64,000 nt of DNA, taken from the NCBI GenBank assembly GCA_016187125.1, contig JACPKF010000007.1, positions 835 to 64,834 of the forward strand, in the 5' to 3' direction. The position numbers were made by a program, and so were the translations under genes. Below the pieces are notes generated by a model. That model had not been told where the DNA came from. It saw only the letters and a list, made by a program, of their open reading frames with translations, and ran no database searches. How positions within the stretch are numbered: the first letter of the stretch is position 1; each line of letters opens with the position of its first letter. Below, in pieces: positions 26,684 through 34,250 of this stretch. The stretch comes from Candidatus Saccharimonadota bacterium. GTDB taxonomy: Bacteria > Patescibacteriota > Saccharimonadia > Saccharimonadales > UBA10212.

Positions 26684-27796
26684 ATGCCTGAGCTTCCTGA
26701 AGTTGAGATTATAAAACAAGGCTTATCTAAACTATTGCCCGGGCGGATTATTGCCGACGTTTGGCACAACTGGCAAAAATCTTTTCCGAACGCGCCAGCG
26801 GATGTGGCCCGATTTTTGGTGGATGCCAAGATCATATCAGTTAAACGTCGGGCCAAAGTCTTGATAATTGAACTTTCCAGCGGCTACTCGCTGGTTGTCC
26901 ATTTAAAAATGACAGGGCAACTAGTTTTTGTGCCAAAAACCAGCGAGCAAAAAGCCCGCCTTCGCCAAAGCTACGGTCGACAGGCAAAAAGCAAAAAGCA
27001 AAAAGCCGAAAAAAAGTTTGGTGGTGGGCATCCGACCAAAAGCTTAATAGGTAAGCTGCCGGACAAATCAACCCGAGTCATTGTTGAGTTTTACCCCCCG
27101 AAAGGCGCGCGGGACATACGCTTGAGTACGTTGCAAGGAAAAGTTGAGCAACGGACTAAGCCGTATATGAAATACGGTGAAGGAGTAGCGCAGACTTTGA
27201 CACAGCAAAGTGCCAAGAGTGTCGCCGGAGTGCCAGGGCGACAGCCCGAGCAGCAGGGCGACACGGCGCATGGTCCGCGACTTTTTTTTAATGATCAGCG
27301 TAAGTTTGGCTGGATGCGCCTGCTGCCGACGGTTGAGGTGCCCCAGATTGACTTTATGAAAAAAGTCGGCCCGGAGCCGCTGGAAGATAATTTTACGGTT
27401 GGTGTGTTTATTGAAAGACTCAACCGCCGAAAAAACAGCTCGATAAAAGCTATGCTGCTGGATCAAACCGTGCTGGCTGGAGTGGGGAATATCTATGCTG
27501 ACGAATCCTTATTTGCCGCTAAAATCCATCCAGCTACCCCGGTTTTTAAAGTTTCTAAAGCAAAATTAGTAATGCTCCATAATGCCCTGCGCCAAATACT
27601 GCAGCAGGCAATAGATAAAGGCGGCAGCACGGACCGAAATTACGTTGATGTCAAAGGTAAAAAGGGGAGTTATCTGAACTTTGCCCAGGTTTTTAGAAGA
27701 CAAGGCCAAGTGTGTTCCCGCTGCGGAGGCGTCATACAGAAGATACGCGTAGCTGGAAGAGGTACTCACATATGTCCAAGGTGTCAAAAACGTTAA
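26684..27796 (+). CDS. mutM: formamidopyrimidine-DNA glycosylase with a ~62-aa internal insert
   Basis: N-terminal MPELPEVE, H2TH (GVGNIYADESLF) and a C-terminal zinc finger (CSRCGG...CPRCQ). It is 370 aa against about 270-290 aa for typical Fpg. Confidence 0.88.
   Translation: MPELPEVEIIKQGLSKLLPGRIIADVWHNWQKSFPNAPADVARFLVDAKIISVKRRAKVLIIELSSGYSLVVHLKMTGQLVFVPKTSEQKARLRQSYGRQAKSKKQKAEKKFGGGHPTKSLIGKLPDKSTRVIVEFYPPKGARDIRLSTLQGKVEQRTKPYMKYGEGVAQTLTQQSAKSVAGVPGRQPEQQGDTAHGPRLFFNDQRKFGWMRLLPTVEVPQIDFMKKVGPEPLEDNFTVGVFIERLNRRKNSSIKAMLLDQTVLAGVGNIYADESLFAAKIHPATPVFKVSKAKLVMLHNALRQILQQAIDKGGSTDRNYVDVKGKKGSYLNFAQVFRRQGQVCSRCGGVIQKIRVAGRGTHICPRCQKR
27092..27277 (+). repeat. in-frame translated insertion element (family F3) inside fpg
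   Basis: The core gagtacgttgcaagg...ccgtatatgaaatacggtgaaggagtagcgcag aligns with 37493-37583 in the UDG gene. Contains hairpins ccgtatatgaaatacgg and gtcgccggagtgccagggcgac. Confidence 0.75.
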
Positions 27797-28257
27797 GTTT
27801 TAAGCTCTTTAGAGTAAAATCGGCGATGGGTAACAAACAATACACTTGCAAGCAAGAGTGTAACTGACAAAAACCGCAGGATACGTGCATCTGCGATGCT
27901 AGAAGTAATAATGGCATACATAGTAGTTGCTATACCGCCAAGCGCCACACCTTCGCCAATGACATCTGAGCGCTTCAACCAATATGAACCGCCAACCACA
28001 AACACCACGGCCAACGGTAGTACTGCCAGAGTTACATTACGCTGGTATGCTTTCTCTTTTTTATCATAGGCTTCGGTGGCTTTTTCAAATTCCTTTTGCT
28101 GCTGTTGGTAAACTGTGTCATCAGCTGAGACTGAATTGTAATTGGGATATTGGGGATACTTTGGCGGCTGGTAGAAGGAATAAATACCTAATCCAACAAA
28201 AGTAACTACTGCCCCCGCGATTAGCAGTGCGTATAATAATCTAATCAATGCGTTCAT
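27793..28257 (-). CDS. membrane protein (154 aa)
   Basis: Four predicted hydrophobic helices. No family recognised. Confidence 0.5.
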   Translation of the reverse strand: MNALIRLLYALLIAGAVVTFVGLGIYSFYQPPKYPQYPNYNSVSADDTVYQQQQKEFEKATEAYDKKEKAYQRNVTLAVLPLAVVFVVGGSYWLKRSDVIGEGVALGGIATTMYAIITSSIADARILRFLSVTLLLASVLFVTHRRFYSKELKT

Positions 28258-28332
28258 TCTTAAACTGCTTTCTAGGTAAGCTCAATTGTACACCAAGTAC
28301 ATTCTTAAACTATAGACTGTTAAAATATCCTT

Positions 28333-29247
28333 ATGATCTTTGCGTTGATCGGGAGTAATTCCTTTGCGCTGAAACGACGACTTGATGAACTTATAAGTGC
28401 TTTTGTTACAAAAAATGGGGGTTTGGCGCTGGAGCGGATTGACGGCGAAGAAGTCGAGCCTCAAGCTATTCTTGAGGCTTTGCAAAACCTGCCATTTCTG
28501 GCAAAAAAAAAGATGGTAATCGTCAGAGATCCAAGCAAAAATAAAAAAATAGTTGAACAAATCGAACAAATAATTAGCTCAACAAAAGACGATGTGGATT
28601 TGATTTTTGTAGATCCTGAGATAGATCGCCGGACCAGCTATTTTAAGGTGTTAAAATCCCGAACTCGACTCGAAGAATTTAATGAACTTGACAGTCCAGG
28701 CTTGGCAAGATGGCTGGTTAACGAAGCCAAAAAACGGGGCGGTCAACTTAACCTTTCTGATGCTATTTATATGGTTGAGCGGTTGGGCACCAACCAGGCT
28801 TTACTAGCTAATGAGTTAGATAAATTATTGATTTATAAACCAGAAATAACGCGGTCTACAATTGATCTACTGACCACCGCAAATCCGCAAAGTAAAATTT
28901 TTGAGCTTCTGGATGCTGCCTTTAACGGTAAAAAACAAGCGGCACTTGATCTATATGATGAGCAACGAGCCCAAAGAGTTGAACCGCAAGCCATACTGGC
29001 CATGATCAGCTGGCAGCTTCAACAGATTGCAATCGCTAAATACGCAGAAGGTAAATCAGCCGGGGAAATAGCTAAAGACAGCGGCATGAAAGATTATCCC
29101 GTGAGGAAAGCTATGGGTTTGGCAACCAAATTAGAAGCAGAAAAACTTAAAAAACTGGTATCGGCTGCCCTCAACATTGACTTAAAAGCTAAAACTAGTG
29201 GCCTAGACATGGACGAAGCCCTAAAAACTTACATTGCTACAATGTAG
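28333..29247 (+). CDS. holA: DNA polymerase III subunit delta
   Basis: The N-terminal pattern IFALIGSNSFALKRRLDEL...LPFLAKKKMVIVRD and the size (304 aa) fit HolA. Confidence 0.7.
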   Translation: MIFALIGSNSFALKRRLDELISAFVTKNGGLALERIDGEEVEPQAILEALQNLPFLAKKKMVIVRDPSKNKKIVEQIEQIISSTKDDVDLIFVDPEIDRRTSYFKVLKSRTRLEEFNELDSPGLARWLVNEAKKRGGQLNLSDAIYMVERLGTNQALLANELDKLLIYKPEITRSTIDLLTTANPQSKIFELLDAAFNGKKQAALDLYDEQRAQRVEPQAILAMISWQLQQIAIAKYAEGKSAGEIAKDSGMKDYPVRKAMGLATKLEAEKLKKLVSAALNIDLKAKTSGLDMDEALKTYIATM

Positions 29248-29268
29248 GTTACAGTTTACAGTTTACAG

Positions 29269-29643
29269 TTATTTTTTTGCAACAGGTTTCTTAGCAGGCT
29301 TTTTTGTGGCAGGCTTTTTGATCGGAGTTTTTTTAGCTGCTTTTGGCGTGATGACTTTAGGGGTAGCTTTGGAAGGTTTTACGCCGGCGGATTTGGCTTG
29401 GGAAGCTAATCTGGCTTTTTGGCGGGCGGCCTTATTTTTATGAATAACATTTTTCTTGGCTGCCGTATCAATAGCGCTCGTGGCCTGGTTTTGGGCTTTG
29501 ACAATACCGGCAGCTTTACCGCTCTCCATAGCTTTGGCAAAGCCTTTTAAGGCTTCACGCAAATTGCGCCTGGTCCTGGTATTGCGAGCATTAGCTTTGG
29601 CAGCTGTCTTGACGCGCTTTTTAGCAGACTTGATTATTGGCAT
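29269..29643 (-). CDS. rpsT: 30S ribosomal protein S20 with a Lys/Pro/Ala-rich C-terminal tail
   Basis: MPIIKSAKKRVKTAAKANARN is the S20 N-terminus. The protein is 124 aa and ends in PKAAKKTPIKKPATKKPAKKPVAKK. Confidence 0.9.
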   Translation of the reverse strand: MPIIKSAKKRVKTAAKANARNTRTRRNLREALKGFAKAMESGKAAGIVKAQNQATSAIDTAAKKNVIHKNKAARQKARLASQAKSAGVKPSKATPKVITPKAAKKTPIKKPATKKPAKKPVAKK

Positions 29644-29651
29644 AGGAGGTT

Positions 29652-29680
29652 ACTATACAGAGTGGAGCCCCTCTTGTCAA
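29652..29680 (-). promoter_or_regulatory. rpsT promoter TTGACA-17-TATAGT, 8 nt before the ATG (leaderless type)
   Basis: Minus strand reads ctcTTGACAagaggggctccactctgTATAGTaacctcctATG. No SD is present. Confidence 0.55.
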
Positions 29681-29682
29681 AG

Positions 29683-29917
29683 AGTCGGAAGACCTACTTT
29701 GTAAAGTAGGCAAACATTTCGCAACCTTTAACCGTAAAGGTTGCGCCAAACTCCCGGGCGCAGTAAAAACCAGATTGAATATGCCTCAACGGCGACTGCC
29801 GCGCCGAAACAACGACAAGCGGTCTCGTTCGTTAAACATCGGAGGAACGAGACAAAGTTTCGGTTTTACCCGCCAGCCACCTAGCAAATTCATCTGTTTT
29901 CACTGATGCCCGGACCC
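29683..29917 (+). repeat. copy B (most compact) of the A/B/C/D/E structured repeat family
   Basis: Hairpins cctactttgtaaagtagg, gcaacctttaaccgtaaaggttgc and gtctcgttc...gaacgagac. It ends with aattcatctgttttcactgatgcccggaccc. Confidence 0.7.
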
Positions 29918-29993
29918 AAGAAATTATCCTCTTGCGTACTCATACTCCTTATGGTACTGTTTGAGCATAAACTACAAAACTAAAAAATAAAAA

Positions 29994-30110
29994 ATGGATC
30001 CCGTTAGAACTCAAAAGACCAACAAAAATCACAAAGTGTTTGAAACCTCTACTGCTTTTCAATCGTTAATCAACACTAGAAAGTTAAGTGAGTTCTAACG
30101 GGATGGATCC
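29994..30110 (+). mobile_element. 101-nt MITE with 12-bp terminal inverted repeats and an 8-bp target-site duplication ATGGATCC
   Basis: Layout is ATGGATCC|cgttagaactca...tgagttctaacg(gg)|ATGGATCC. The right copy of the duplication is the start of the downstream gene. Confidence 0.7.
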
Positions 30111-31743
30111 AGCGGCAGCCAAGCAGCAAATAGTCGAGCGCATTAAACAAGCCTCTAATATTTTAGTGACGGTCAGTAATAATCCTTCGGTGGATCAACT
30201 GTCGGCTTGTATCGGCTTAACCTTGCTTTTAAACAAAATGGACAAGCATGCTACGGCTGTCTTTTCCGGGCAGGTTCCCTCGACTATCGAGTTTTTGCAA
30301 CCCGAGAAAACCATCGAAACCAACACCGACTCGCTGCAAGACTTCATAATTTCTCTCGATAAAAATAAAGCCGATAAACTGCGCTATAAAGTTGAAGATC
30401 AAGTAGTTCGCATATTTATAACACCGTATAAAACGTCTTTGAGTGAAAAAGATCTGGTGTTTAGCCTGGGTGACTTTAATGTCGAAGTGGTACTGGCTTT
30501 GGGTGTACAGGAACGCACTCAACTAGACGCCGCCATTACCACCCATGGCCGGATTTTGCATGATGCTACGGTTATCGCCCTGGAAGCCGGGAAGGGCAAT
30601 GCGCCCAACATTGGCCAAATTAATTGGCAAGATCCCACGGCCAGCAGCTTATCAGAGATGTTAGTTAGTATTAGCGAGGCTTTTGGTACGGGGCTGATTG
30701 ATAATCAGATGGCTACAGCCTTTTTAACCGGAATAGTAGCCGAGACCCATCGCTTCAGTAACGACAAAACCTCGCCTAGGGTTATGGCTATGGCTGCTCA
30801 ACTGATGGCCGCCGGCGCCAACCAACAGCTAATTGTTTCTAAACTAGAACCGCCACCGCCTCCAGCCGCACCGGTCGCCCAAAAATATACGCCGCCGCCC
30901 CCGCCGCCTGGGCCGTCCACCGGAGTCTTAAATGTTCCGCATAAGGCCGAGAAAGATGACAGCCAGGAAGTGGAAGTAAATTCCGGCGAGATTCACATAG
31001 ACGAAAAGGGCAACATTGTCAGCGATGAATTGCCAGCGGGGCCACCGCCTGGGCCCAAGATAACCCCAGCCCGAGCCTTACCAGAACCTGAGGATTTTAA
31101 GCCGCCAGCTCAGCCGATCTCTCAAAATACTCAAACGGCTATTCCTGGTCCTCATAGCTTACTCAATCCTCGTGAGCATCAACCGTCTATTAGCCCGCCA
31201 TTTACGGCTGACACCAAGCCGGAGTGGTACGATCCTTACAATACCGTGCCGCTTGACCCGTTAAGCGGTGTTTCCCGGCCGGACGACATCATTATTGACC
31301 AGGCAGGGAGCTTACAACCAGCCCAGGCAGAGCCAAGCGCTTCTTCTGGGCAGACTTCTGCGCCGACCGCGCCGACTGTTAACAGTAGTGAAACTGAGCC
31401 GCCATCTGATTTGCCTACCCAAGCCGGTACGGCACAGGCTCAATTACCGGCGGCTCCGCCTCCAATCAAAAACTCGGCGGGAACGCCTGGGATCGATAGC
31501 GCCAGGGGAGCAGTCCAAGGCGCAATAGATGCGGCACCATTTGACCCTAGCGGAAAGCCACTAACAGCTCTCGGGGCTCAACCCCTGAGCTCTGATTTAC
31601 ATGGTAAGATGGCGCCTCCAACCGATCAAAAGCCGGCTGATTCTTTGCCTCCACCGCCGCCTCTACCACCGCCTCTAACACCTTCACCTGGAGTGGTTAT
31701 TCCTGATCCGGCGCCTAGCGCAGGGCAGAATAAGCCAAAATAA
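30103..31743 (+). CDS. degenerate DHH-like N-terminal domain protein with a long proline-rich C-terminal region
   Basis: The N-terminal ~240 aa have an NrnA/DHH-like layout, but the DHH catalytic residues are not evident. The C-terminal part has PPPPP runs. The ORF track starts at GTG 30088. Confidence 0.45.
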   Translation: MDPAAAKQQIVERIKQASNILVTVSNNPSVDQLSACIGLTLLLNKMDKHATAVFSGQVPSTIEFLQPEKTIETNTDSLQDFIISLDKNKADKLRYKVEDQVVRIFITPYKTSLSEKDLVFSLGDFNVEVVLALGVQERTQLDAAITTHGRILHDATVIALEAGKGNAPNIGQINWQDPTASSLSEMLVSISEAFGTGLIDNQMATAFLTGIVAETHRFSNDKTSPRVMAMAAQLMAAGANQQLIVSKLEPPPPPAAPVAQKYTPPPPPPGPSTGVLNVPHKAEKDDSQEVEVNSGEIHIDEKGNIVSDELPAGPPPGPKITPARALPEPEDFKPPAQPISQNTQTAIPGPHSLLNPREHQPSISPPFTADTKPEWYDPYNTVPLDPLSGVSRPDDIIIDQAGSLQPAQAEPSASSGQTSAPTAPTVNSSETEPPSDLPTQAGTAQAQLPAAPPPIKNSAGTPGIDSARGAVQGAIDAAPFDPSGKPLTALGAQPLSSDLHGKMAPPTDQKPADSLPPPPPLPPPLTPSPGVVIPDPAPSAGQNKPK

Positions 31744-31822
31744 GCCAAAATAGAAGTAGAAAGACCGTATTTACAAGGAGGCTCCTTGTAAATACGGAAA
31801 ATATTGTATAGTAGCTAACCAC

Positions 31823-32593
31823 ATGGATGGATTTTTGTTAGTTGATAAGCCAATTGGTATGACGTCGCATGATATTGTAGCGAGAGTGCGCGGCGTGCTA
31901 CGCACAGTCGCCAGTCAATACTCAACAGTCGCCAGTCGAAAAAAACTAGGGACTAAGGACTATCGACTAGTGACTCCTTCGGCGAAGCCGAAGGTTGGTC
32001 ACACTGGAACTCTGGATCCGCTGGCCACGGGATTGATGATTTTAGTGATCGGCAGTTATTGTAAACGGGCTAGCGAATTTAGCAAATTGGACAAAACTTA
32101 TGAAGTAGAACTGACGTTAGGAGCTACCAGTACAACCGGTGATACCGAAGGTCACATAACTTCAACTTCAGATAAGCACAACCTAAACAGAATTCAGCGA
32201 TCGCTGAATTCTGTTCCGAAAATAACGGAGGTGCTTAAGACATTTATTGGCGAAATTAAACAGGTTCCTCCAGCCTATAGTGCCATCAAAGTGGGCGGAC
32301 AAAGGGCCTATAAATTGGCGCGGCAAGGGAAGCCAGTCAAAATTGAGCCGCGAAAGGTTATGATCTACGAAATACGATCTACGATCTACGAGTACCCGAA
32401 GCTGTGTTTCACAGCCAGGGTGTCTAGTGGTACATACATCCGGTCACTGGCCGAAGATATCGGTAAAAAACTCGGCACCGGCGCTTATGTTTCAGCTCTG
32501 CGCCGCACCAAAGTTGGAGGCCTTAATATAGAAAATGCTCTCGAAATTGACAAGTTCTCGCTTCCAAACATCGAAAATCACTTGCAAAAGTAG
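31823..32593 (+). CDS. truB: tRNA pseudouridine(55) synthase with repeat-derived inserts
   Basis: Contains GFLLVDKPIGMTSHDIV, KVGHTGTLDPLATG and SSGTYIRSLAEDIG. Confidence 0.9.
   Translation: MDGFLLVDKPIGMTSHDIVARVRGVLRTVASQYSTVASRKKLGTKDYRLVTPSAKPKVGHTGTLDPLATGLMILVIGSYCKRASEFSKLDKTYEVELTLGATSTTGDTEGHITSTSDKHNLNRIQRSLNSVPKITEVLKTFIGEIKQVPPAYSAIKVGGQRAYKLARQGKPVKIEPRKVMIYEIRSTIYEYPKLCFTARVSSGTYIRSLAEDIGKKLGTGAYVSALRRTKVGGLNIENALEIDKFSLPNIENHLQK
32187..32216. repeat. perfect 30-nt palindrome (aacagaattcagcga|tcgctgaattctgtt) inside the truB CDS
   Basis: It has the same ttcagcgatcgctgaa core as 12792-12829 and is translated as NRIQRSLNSV. Confidence 0.75.
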
Positions 32594-32633
32594 CCAAAGT
32601 GTGATACTATAGAGCAGTTAAATCAAGACAAAA

Positions 32634-33635
32634 ATGACAGAAAGATACACTACAGCTCTATCCGACCCAGTCGAGACAGCCCAACCTGTGGCCGAAACCA
32701 CTGGTAGGATGTCTAAAATCGGTCGCCTTAAGCAGAGACTGGGACGATCAACAGCTCTCCAGCAGCTGGCTTCCTCTAGGTTGTCGGTAACTGAAGATAA
32801 CAACTCTGGGATAACCGCTGATTTACACCCCGGCACCGACCCGGAACCTAGTAAAGTATCCGATTACGAAACTGAAACTCGGGAGGAAGCGGCTGAGGAA
32901 AAATTGCACAGAGAGGACTTAGTGCGTCCCACGCCAAAAGAGCAGGCTTTGCTTTCAGGCAATATTGTTCGTGAGGAGTTCCGTGGAGGAGGGCAGCATT
33001 ATGTGGAGCTGGATAACGGCGAAGCGGGGTTATATTGGCCAGACATGAACACAACTGGCGGTAAGTATCGCAACGAGCGGGCTACTTATTTGGTAGATCG
33101 CGCTTGGCAATTCGGACTAGTCCCAACAACGGTTATGAGAGAAGTTACATATAAGTATGGGAAGAAGGACACAGTCAGCTTCCAAGAGTATATTCCTGAT
33201 GCGATTGACTCCAGAGAAATTAAGGATTTTGAAGCCGCAGAACAATTCTATAATGATTTCTATAAATTATGGATTCTCAACTACAGTATATGGAATACGG
33301 ATCCCCATAAGGGCAACGTTATAGCAACTGATAGACTCTATGCAATTGACCACGAGCATGCCTTTTGGGAAAACAGTAATAGATGGCGCCACTCGTTTAT
33401 GGATATTTACATCTTGGGCGCTAGTGCACCAAAGGACGTAATAGCAGCAGCAGAAATATTTTTAAGTGATAAAGTTCGCCAGGAAGTGCTTGAAGAACAA
33501 CTAAAAGAGGCACTGCAGTGCCCTGATCACATTATCCAAGCTTGCTTGGCGCGCATGATACACGTAGCCGAGATTTTGACCACCAAAGGTAGAATCGAAA
33601 CTCTAGAGGAATTATCAGAATATTCACCAAACTAA
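32634..33635 (+). CDS. hypothetical protein, possible atypical kinase fold
   Basis: NTDPHKGNV ... YAIDHEHAF weakly resembles the DxHxxN / IDxG catalytic motifs of PI3/4-kinase-like proteins. Confidence 0.35.
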   Translation: MTERYTTALSDPVETAQPVAETTGRMSKIGRLKQRLGRSTALQQLASSRLSVTEDNNSGITADLHPGTDPEPSKVSDYETETREEAAEEKLHREDLVRPTPKEQALLSGNIVREEFRGGGQHYVELDNGEAGLYWPDMNTTGGKYRNERATYLVDRAWQFGLVPTTVMREVTYKYGKKDTVSFQEYIPDAIDSREIKDFEAAEQFYNDFYKLWILNYSIWNTDPHKGNVIATDRLYAIDHEHAFWENSNRWRHSFMDIYILGASAPKDVIAAAEIFLSDKVRQEVLEEQLKEALQCPDHIIQACLARMIHVAEILTTKGRIETLEELSEYSPN

Positions 33636-33680
33636 TTCTCGATTCAATAAGTTGACATAATACATAAGTTCAGAAACATA

Positions 33681-33709
33681 TTGTCAGGCTACCCCTAATG
33701 TGCTAGAAT
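33681..33709 (+). promoter_or_regulatory. rpsO promoter TTGTCA-17-TGcTAGAAT
   Basis: The -35 is at 33681-33686 and the extended -10 hexamer at 33704-33709. The ATG at 33721 follows, so the leader is very short. Confidence 0.5.
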
Positions 33710-33720
33710 TGAGTCCAAGA

Positions 33721-33987
33721 ATGATATCTAGCGAGAAGAAGGCCAAGATTGCTTCCGGTCTTGCCACCCACCAGAACGATACCGGCTCGCCGGCTGTGCA
33801 AGTTGGTATTATGACGGCCCGAATTGCCGAGCTAACAGATCATTTGAAAAAAAATAAGCACGACTACGCCGCCCGCCGAGCACTACTGCAGCTGGTTGGC
33901 AAACGAAAAAAACACCTTAAATACATCGCCGAAGGCAGCAGCGACGCCTATTTAGAACTTATTAAAAAACTTGGTATTAGACGTTAG
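33721..33987 (+). CDS. rpsO: 30S ribosomal protein S15
   Basis: Contains TGSPAVQVGIMTARIAELTDHLKKNKHDYAARRALLQLVGKRKKHLKYI. It is 88 aa from the internal ATG. Confidence 0.9.
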   Translation: MISSEKKAKIASGLATHQNDTGSPAVQVGIMTARIAELTDHLKKNKHDYAARRALLQLVGKRKKHLKYIAEGSSDAYLELIKKLGIRR

Positions 33988-34085
33988 AGCCTAGACGCTG
34001 GATGTTAGAAAACTAATATCCAAAATCTAGAAACTAAATTCTAGAATCATTAAATAATTTGGGTGATAAAGCACAGCTACTTCAA

Positions 34086-34167
34086 AGGTATAAGGTATGC
34101 CGTATGAGGTATAAAGTATTAGAAGAAAAATTCTATACCAAATACCTGATACCAAATACGAAATACG
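34086..34167 (+). promoter_or_regulatory. long imperfect hairpin in the rpsO-pnp intergenic leader, built from short repeats
   Basis: The left arm (ggtat/cgtat units) pairs with the right arm (atacc/atacg units) around the loop agaagaaaaattct. Confidence 0.5.
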
Positions 34168-34250
34168 CATTTGAATGGTTGGACCTTGTCACCCAATCGC
34201 CGAAATTTCAAAGAAATTTTTGCGAGTAAAAGAAAGGTGAATAAAAAATT

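Noticed and set aside
29683-29917. RNase P-like resemblance (ccuag…, cccgg) in the A/B/C repeat
   Set aside because: The resemblance is limited to very short strings in the wrong order. The element is also present in at least five copies, which is incompatible with a single-copy housekeeping RNA.
29998-30104. Invertible promoter switch (16-bp inverted repeats around a 75-nt segment upstream of a gene)
   Set aside because: The flanking 8-bp direct repeat ATGGATCC fits a MITE target-site duplication better. No convincing promoter lies inside the segment and no invertase is nearby. Mixed-orientation reads would revive the idea.
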